64,000 nucleotides of DNA from an uncultured Nitrososphaerales archaeon (lineage in GTDB: Archaea > Thermoproteota > Nitrososphaeria > Nitrososphaerales > Gagatemarchaeaceae): the NCBI GenBank assembly GCA_963706445.1, contig OY970160.1, positions 384,001 to 448,000 on the forward strand, in the 5' to 3' direction. The notes under the pieces were generated by a model. The model worked only from the letters and a program-made list of their open reading frames with translations, was not told the DNA's origin and did not search any database. Shown one piece after another: positions 58,902 through 64,000 of this stretch. The stretch's first letter is position 1; the number at the start of each line of letters is the position of its first letter. The translations under genes were made by a program, and so were the position numbers.

Positions 58902-59567
58902 CTATTCACTCACCGTCGAGTTAAGCCAGGCACTGAAAGTCGCCGGGGATACGACCACGAGGGTCGAGATCATAGTCGCGTGACCGACCCCGCAGAGCTC
59001 AAAGCACTGGATGGTGTAGTTAGCTATGGCGTTAGGCTCGATCCATACGATGTTGTAGTTTCCTGGAATGGCATCTGTCTTCACCCGGAAATCTGGGATG
59101 CCGAACTGATGATTCACGTCCCTTGAAGTGACGTTGAATATGACCTCCGTGTTAACTGGCACATCGCAGGGGCAGGCGATGGTCTTGTTGTCAGGATAGG
59201 AGAACGACCAGAAGAACTGCTGGCCTATCACGCCGACTTTGATGAGCCCCGGGCTGTTGGAAGGGTTGTCATAGGTCGGAAGTGCTATCACCGTCTGGGC
59301 GCCCACAGCTATCAGGACCACGCCCATGAGCGCGAATATGACAATGGGTCCCTTCCAGGTCTCTCTGATCTCTCTCGACTTCTCGGCACTGAGGACGTTG
59401 CCGGGCCGGGATCTGTACCGATACAGGATGTAGACCATTAACGCAAAGGTGACGGCCCCCGATGCGACGCCAAGATAGAGATACCAATTCCATACATTGT
59501 TGAATAGCTGTGTTGATGGCGGCGGCGTCTGGAATACCGATGCCGAAAGCGCGAAGCTAAGCGGCAA
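58902..59567 (-). CDS. coxB: Heme-copper oxidase subunit II (CuA)
   Basis: 2 TM, GQQFFWSF, SRDVNH, CFELCGVGHATM. Confidence 0.95.
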   Translation of the reverse strand: MPLSFALSASVFQTPPPSTQLFNNVWNWYLYLGVASGAVTFALMVYILYRYRSRPGNVLSAEKSREIRETWKGPIVIFALMGVVLIAVGAQTVIALPTYDNPSNSPGLIKVGVIGQQFFWSFSYPDNKTIACPCDVPVNTEVIFNVTSRDVNHQFGIPDFRVKTDAIPGNYNIVWIEPNAIANYTIQCFELCGVGHATMISTLVVVSPATFSAWLNSTVSE

Positions 59568-59608
59568 TATGCCCCACTACGTTGCCTCCTTTTGTATAAA
59601 AACACATC

Positions 59609-59622
59609 ACTAACGGGTTAGG
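59609..59622. promoter_or_regulatory. Operator-like semi-palindrome, copy A
   Basis: Minus strand CCTAACCCGTTAGT, just upstream of the coxB TATA (TTTTTATA). Confidence 0.5.
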
Positions 59623-59628
59623 GGCTCT

Positions 59629-59724
59629 TCAGTACCAGATTGAGATTACCCATTCTGATAGGATGAAGAGGCAGACCACAGCCGCGAACACCACCATCCA
59701 GAACTCCGCGGAGCGCAACCTCAT
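59629..59724 (-). CDS. 31-aa single-TM small protein upstream of coxB
   Basis: MRLRSAEFWMVVFAAVVCLFILSEWVISIWY*; TATA-like GGTTAAAT ~25 nt upstream. Confidence 0.55.
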   Translation of the reverse strand: MRLRSAEFWMVVFAAVVCLFILSEWVISIWY

Positions 59725-59732
59725 CAGTTAGG
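59719..59732. promoter_or_regulatory. Operator-like semi-palindrome, copy B
   Basis: Minus strand CCTAACTGATGAGG, downstream of the TATA-like AAGGTTAAAT. Confidence 0.5.
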
Positions 59733-59806
59733 GACGGATTGCGATTTAACCTTTGCACCCCGGACGCTATTCGAATAGGCCGTCCCCATCCGGGCTCAGA
59801 ATGCTT

Positions 59807-60256
59807 CTAGGCCACTACTAGGAGACCGCTCTGCATGAACTTGTGTATCGCGCAGATGACGTTGCAGTAGATTTTGAAGTCTCCGGCAGAGCTGGCATAG
59901 AAGGATATGGTGGTCGACTTACCGGGGAGGATGGTGACCCCGGCGTCATCATACCCTGAGACTGCGAATCCGTGGGGCTCGACGGTATCCTCATTGATGA
60001 AAGTGATCTTGACCTCCTCTCCGAGGTAGGTGCACAACACTGGCCAGTACTTCGAAGGCGCCCCATGCCCGATGCTGTCATTGTACCCTGACTGGGTGGC
60101 GATCACGGTGAACGACGAAGAATAGTTCGAGCATTGCACGCCGCTCACCGATGATTCTCCCTGTGATGGAGAAAAGGGGTGCTGGGCAGAGAAGTAGAGG
60201 ACGCCTGCGGCGAGGGCCAGGGTGGCGACTACCATGACAAGCACGAGCTTCTGCAC
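59807..60256 (-). CDS. Membrane-anchored cupredoxin with CuA-like ligand set
   Basis: PHGF...YCNVICAIHKFM. Confidence 0.85.
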   Translation of the reverse strand: MQKLVLVMVVATLALAAGVLYFSAQHPFSPSQGESSVSGVQCSNYSSSFTVIATQSGYNDSIGHGAPSKYWPVLCTYLGEEVKITFINEDTVEPHGFAVSGYDDAGVTILPGKSTTISFYASSAGDFKIYCNVICAIHKFMQSGLLVVA

Positions 60257-60401
60257 AGGTTTCTGGGCCTCACGGCGTGGACGAGAGATTAGAGCATTTC
60301 GATTGACAGTGCCCGGCAGGAGTTACGCCGGAGGGCCCAAGGCAATGGCCTAGGTGCAACGTCGGATTGAACCATCTAGCCAAGGGTTAAATATTCACAC
60401 C

Positions 60402-60415
60402 CCTAACACATGAGG
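60402..60415. promoter_or_regulatory. Operator-like semi-palindrome, copy C
   Basis: CCTAACACATGAGG, downstream of the TATA-like AAGGGTTAAAT and 5 nt before the ATG at 60420. Confidence 0.5.
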
Positions 60416-60419
60416 GTTC

Positions 60420-61259
60420 ATGGCTGAAGCCGCCCCGAAAGGATTCGGCCTCTCGCTAGCAGTTGCGGTCATCGCTGTTTTCCTAGCAGTGGGAGCCATC
60501 GCCTTCGCCTATGTCGGAGCGAGCAGCCAGGTGACCAATCTTCAAGGGCAGGTAAGTACCCTTCAGAATCAGATTCCGTCTCTGATTGCGAAGTCCGGCC
60601 TGGCATCGGTCAACGCGACCCCCACGACCATGGCCTTCAGGGTGGATTGGTGCAACACGGACAACTCCGGGCAAGACAGGTTCTGCCCACCGGTCCTGAT
60701 CGTTCACCAGGGGGACCTGGTTCAGATTCTATTCCAGACAAACGACACCGACGCCCACACCTTCACATTGGTGGCAGGTGGGTACAACCTCCAGCTGAAC
60801 AACACCTATGGAGCGACGGGCTCAAACGGCAACTTCTCTACAAGCGGGAATGGAATGCACGACTTCCTCACGGATGGCTACTTCCAGTCGAGCTGCGTCC
60901 AGGCGGCGTACACGGCGGCGAGCGCAGGCCTGTCCAGCAGCGACTGCGTTTCTGGCTCGAGCCTGCTGGCTCCGGGAGGGACATACAAGATTCCGATAAA
61001 CCCGAACCCGGCATCCTCCCCGTTACCCCCGGCTACCCCAGAGCTTATCACAGTCGACAACCAATTCCACTTCGTCAGTGAAAGCGCCAGCTACGACGCG
61101 GTCTGGAGCACAGCGTCGTTCCGCGCCTCCATCGCTGGGATCTTTGAGTTCTACTGCTATTACCACGTCTCCAACGGGATGTTCGGCTACATAATCGTCC
61201 TTCCGAACACCTACTGCAACGTGCACTCCGCGGCGTGCACCTCGACCTCAAATTCGTAG
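60420..61259 (+). CDS. Sulfocyanin/rusticyanin-like blue copper protein with large insertion
   Basis: N-terminal TM, DAHTFT, YCYYHVSNGMFG. Confidence 0.8.
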   Translation: MAEAAPKGFGLSLAVAVIAVFLAVGAIAFAYVGASSQVTNLQGQVSTLQNQIPSLIAKSGLASVNATPTTMAFRVDWCNTDNSGQDRFCPPVLIVHQGDLVQILFQTNDTDAHTFTLVAGGYNLQLNNTYGATGSNGNFSTSGNGMHDFLTDGYFQSSCVQAAYTAASAGLSSSDCVSGSSLLAPGGTYKIPINPNPASSPLPPATPELITVDNQFHFVSESASYDAVWSTASFRASIAGIFEFYCYYHVSNGMFGYIIVLPNTYCNVHSAACTSTSNS

Positions 61260-61305
61260 TAGACTGTCCCGATAACGGTAACTAGGGCTCCCCGAAGGTA
61301 TTATC

Positions 61306-62853
61306 ATGCGAAGGGGGTTTTCCGTCCTCGTCGCCTGCCTGTTGCTTGCAGTGGCCGTTTCTCCTGCCCTGAGTCAGCCCGCCGGTTCGGAAACCGGAGG
61401 GGCGCTCCCGCTCTACTCCTTGGCCCAGTATCCGCTACCTTCGGGGTCTTCCGGCCCGCTGCAGATTGCCATCGATCACGCCGGCAGGGTCTGGTTTGTC
61501 GAGCAGGGGAGCAATCAGATCGGCAGATACGACATTGCGTCGAAGTCGTTCTCAGAGTTCTCGATACCGACGGCAGACGCCCTCCCGGAGGGAATCGCCG
61601 TGGACCCCGCGGGGAACGTCTGGTTCGCGGAGCTCAACCCCAACGGGCTAGGGGTCCTTTTCCCCCAGAACGGCACCATACGTGAGATCACCATCCCCCC
61701 CGCCCCCAGCGGGATCGCCTGTGGCCCCATCGGGGTGACACCCCAGGGGAACGGCTCCATCTGGGTGACCTGCGAGTTCTCTAACCAGATCGACGAGTAC
61801 GTCCCGTCTATCGGGATTCTCAAGCAGTTCGACCTTCCCATCGCCTTCTCGGCCCCCCTCCAGGTCCTTTTCGACAGCTCAGGGGACTTCTGGTTCACGG
61901 CCGCGGACTCGGGGATGCTCGGCTATGCGACTACCAGCGAACTCAGGCCCGGAACCACCGACGGCATCGAAGAGTTCGCGCCCGTTAACGGCACCTACCT
62001 CACCACGATAGTGAACCCACTCCTCCCCGGCGGCCAGGTGGTCACCAGCCTGGCCATTCCGAGCCAGGCCGCGTTCTCCCTTGACGGAGGGTCGCTCTGG
62101 GTAACAGAGCATGGTGCCAGCTCCTTCGACCGTTACGACATCGCTACCAAGACCCTCACGAAATACTTTACATCCCCACCGTCGTCGAGCCTCTACTCCC
62201 AGTCCCTCCCCAACGGAATCGCCGTAGACTCTTCAGGTTACGTCTGGGTGGCCGAGCACTATGGGAACAGGGTGGCTGAGTTCGACCCCGCGACCAGCTC
62301 GATGGTGGAATACCCGATACCCTGCTGCAAGGGCGAGATAGCGGGTACTCTTTACCTGGCGACCGGTGCCAACGGCACGGTCTGGTTCACCGAGAACTTC
62401 GGCAACGCCATAGGGGAGCTTAGCCCTGCGGGCTCCCCGATGCCGTTCGACCTGACCTTGAATCCGGACGCCATCGCGCTCCCGTCTTCCGGGACGGCCA
62501 CGCTGTCCCTCGCAGCGACGGGGACGGGCGCCATAAGCCTCCAGGCCGAAGGGATCTCGAGGGACGACACCCTTGAAAATCTGACCCTGACCTTCGATCC
62601 CAACACCCTGACTTTGGATGCGGCCAGGGGGGCTGCCGCCTTGAGCCTCAACTCTTCAGGGCTCTCCCCGGGGGTCTACTTCATCACCGTGAGTGGGACG
62701 TCCTCCACCACGGGGCTGATTTCCAGCACCGTCCTCGTGGTAACAGTCTCCCAAGGGTTCCAATACTGGTGGGGAGTCGTCGCAGCAGCGGTCGCCCTGT
62801 CCGCAATCTGTTTCCTCGTCCTCTGGCGCAGAGGCAGGTCCGGGCGGAAGTGA
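61306..62853 (+). CDS. Secreted Vgb-lyase-like beta-propeller with C-terminal TM
   Basis: Repeated P.GIAVD..G.VWF.E...N.IG motifs. Confidence 0.87.
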   Translation: MRRGFSVLVACLLLAVAVSPALSQPAGSETGGALPLYSLAQYPLPSGSSGPLQIAIDHAGRVWFVEQGSNQIGRYDIASKSFSEFSIPTADALPEGIAVDPAGNVWFAELNPNGLGVLFPQNGTIREITIPPAPSGIACGPIGVTPQGNGSIWVTCEFSNQIDEYVPSIGILKQFDLPIAFSAPLQVLFDSSGDFWFTAADSGMLGYATTSELRPGTTDGIEEFAPVNGTYLTTIVNPLLPGGQVVTSLAIPSQAAFSLDGGSLWVTEHGASSFDRYDIATKTLTKYFTSPPSSSLYSQSLPNGIAVDSSGYVWVAEHYGNRVAEFDPATSSMVEYPIPCCKGEIAGTLYLATGANGTVWFTENFGNAIGELSPAGSPMPFDLTLNPDAIALPSSGTATLSLAATGTGAISLQAEGISRDDTLENLTLTFDPNTLTLDAARGAAALSLNSSGLSPGVYFITVSGTSSTTGLISSTVLVVTVSQGFQYWWGVVAAAVALSAICFLVLWRRGRSGRK

Positions 62854-62863
62854 CACGGGTCCC

Positions 62864-63757
62864 CTATAGTCCGGAGGAGGCAGCTGGGGCCGGCGAACCG
62901 GGCGGAGCGGGAACAGGGCACGCCGCCCTGACCGCCCTTCTCGCATTGACCACTATGAGGAACGGACTCGCTGCGAGCAGCGGAATGCTGATCACAACGA
63001 AGAGCATCTGATACGGGGCAAGGGCCACGGCGAGGGAGGTCGCCCCGAGGCCTCCAAAGGCGCTCGCCAGGAAGAGCCCGGCGCAGGTCGGGCACCCCGT
63101 GAAGAGGCCAGCTAGGATCCCGAGGGTGCTCATCCACCCGACGTTCCCCCTCACAAACTTGTTCCTAAGGGAGTGGGAAGCCACGGTCACGTTGAAACCG
63201 ACCAGGGTCGGAACCACCACGGCAAATAGGGCGTCGAGCGGAAGGATTTGCAGGGCGAGGTGAGCCTGTGGGGCGAGGTAGAAGATTGCAGCCGGCACCG
63301 TCCCCACGGAGCCGCAGCAGGCGGCGACATTCCAGCTCAGGGGGGAGAACCCGACCCAGGCACCTGAGTTGACCCCAGGTTGGAAGATGATTATCCCTGA
63401 AACGAACAGATAGACCACTGCGTACACCACGGCCGCAACGAACCCTATCCTCAGATCCATGCGGGAAGAGACGGACTCGGCCAGCATGGACCTGACCGAG
63501 TCGGAGTCGTCGATTCCCCTCCACCCCTTTAGCCCAAGGTAAGTCAAGTATGCCCCGGCAAGGACGACACAGATCGCAAGGGCTTCGGCCAGGTAGTACC
63601 TCTGCACAAGCAAGAGTATCGACTGCTGATCGTAGACGCCGTAGACGTTCTGAGTGAAGTACCACGCTGCCGAGTCGAGCGCGACCCAGACACAACCGAC
63701 CGCGAACAGAAGGGCGCCAAGGAACAGGTAGGGGCTTGTAGGAAACCGGCTCTGCAC
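62864..63757 (-). CDS. Multi-TM protein with CC and CPTC motifs
   Basis: AACCG, FTGCPTCAG; about 6 TM. Confidence 0.78.
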   Translation of the reverse strand: MQSRFPTSPYLFLGALLFAVGCVWVALDSAAWYFTQNVYGVYDQQSILLLVQRYYLAEALAICVVLAGAYLTYLGLKGWRGIDDSDSVRSMLAESVSSRMDLRIGFVAAVVYAVVYLFVSGIIIFQPGVNSGAWVGFSPLSWNVAACCGSVGTVPAAIFYLAPQAHLALQILPLDALFAVVVPTLVGFNVTVASHSLRNKFVRGNVGWMSTLGILAGLFTGCPTCAGLFLASAFGGLGATSLAVALAPYQMLFVVISIPLLAASPFLIVVNARRAVRAACPVPAPPGSPAPAASSGL

Positions 63758-63902
63758 TATACCTTCACAGCGGTCGTCCCCACCTTAAATTGATTCTCGG
63801 CCTTTGAGCGTGTCCCTTCTTGAGAGCTGACTCAACCATGGGGACCCCTCGCATGACTAAAATAGACGCGAGAGGGAGCGACTCAAAAGTGGAGCAAGAA
63901 CG

Positions 63903-64000
63903 TTGGCATTCTCAGACTACCTCGCCCTGACGAAACCGAAAATCGTCCCCTTGCTCCTGATGGCGGCCCTCGGGTCGGCGGTCGTGGCCGCGAGGGCGAT
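63903..64000 (+). CDS. cyoE: Protoheme IX farnesyltransferase (heme o synthase), 5' part
   Basis: TTG start, FSDYLALTKPKIVPLLL; adjacent to the oxidase locus; runs off the window. Confidence 0.75.
   Translation, partial: MAFSDYLALTKPKIVPLLLMAALGSAVVAARA

Noticed and set aside
59629-59727. C/D box sRNA (CTGATGA ... CTGA on the minus strand)
   Set aside because: About 100 nt is long for archaeal C/D guides, no clear C'/D' boxes, and a hydrophobic ORF explains the sequence better.

Overview
Chromosomal window from a GC-rich (~60% by eye) archaeon. The ribosomal gene content and order (rpl13e, rps6e, rps24e/27ae), the mevalonate/GGPP genes and a Cu-protein respiratory locus suggest a non-ammonia-oxidising Nitrososphaerota (Thaumarchaeota)-like lineage; this is an inference. 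0.3-22.6 kb is the conserved archaeal transcription/translation superoperon (rpoD-rpl18e-rpl13-rps9-rpoN-rps2-MEMO-mvk-ipk-idsA-gltX; rpl7ae-rps28e-rpl24e-ndk-infB-rps6e; inverted eif2g-PIN-rpoE1-spt4-DUF359-rps24e-rps27ae). It is interrupted by two free-standing LAGLIDADG homing-endonuclease-like genes whose neighbouring host genes show atypical codon usage, by a decayed TnpB-only IS200/605 element, and by an Lrp / HExxH / nucleotidyltransferase-kinase unit. 22.6-40 kb is accessory: class III cyclase-TPR, an ABC exporter, V4R, a J-like protein without HPD, an AbiEii-like nucleotidyltransferase pair, a pilin, large surface proteins, MFS and many deletion/frameshift remnants. 40-52 kb holds MMPL, a non-oxidative pentose-phosphate operon headed by a degenerate HldE-like kinase, SOD, a hemL-like gene, OGG1 and rpl13e. 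52-64 kb holds a Rieske protein, a two-intron tRNA-Tyr and a copper-rich terminal oxidase locus (fused subunit I+III, CuA subunit II, three extra cupredoxins) with a thrice-repeated semi-palindromic operator. No CRISPR array or rRNA was seen.
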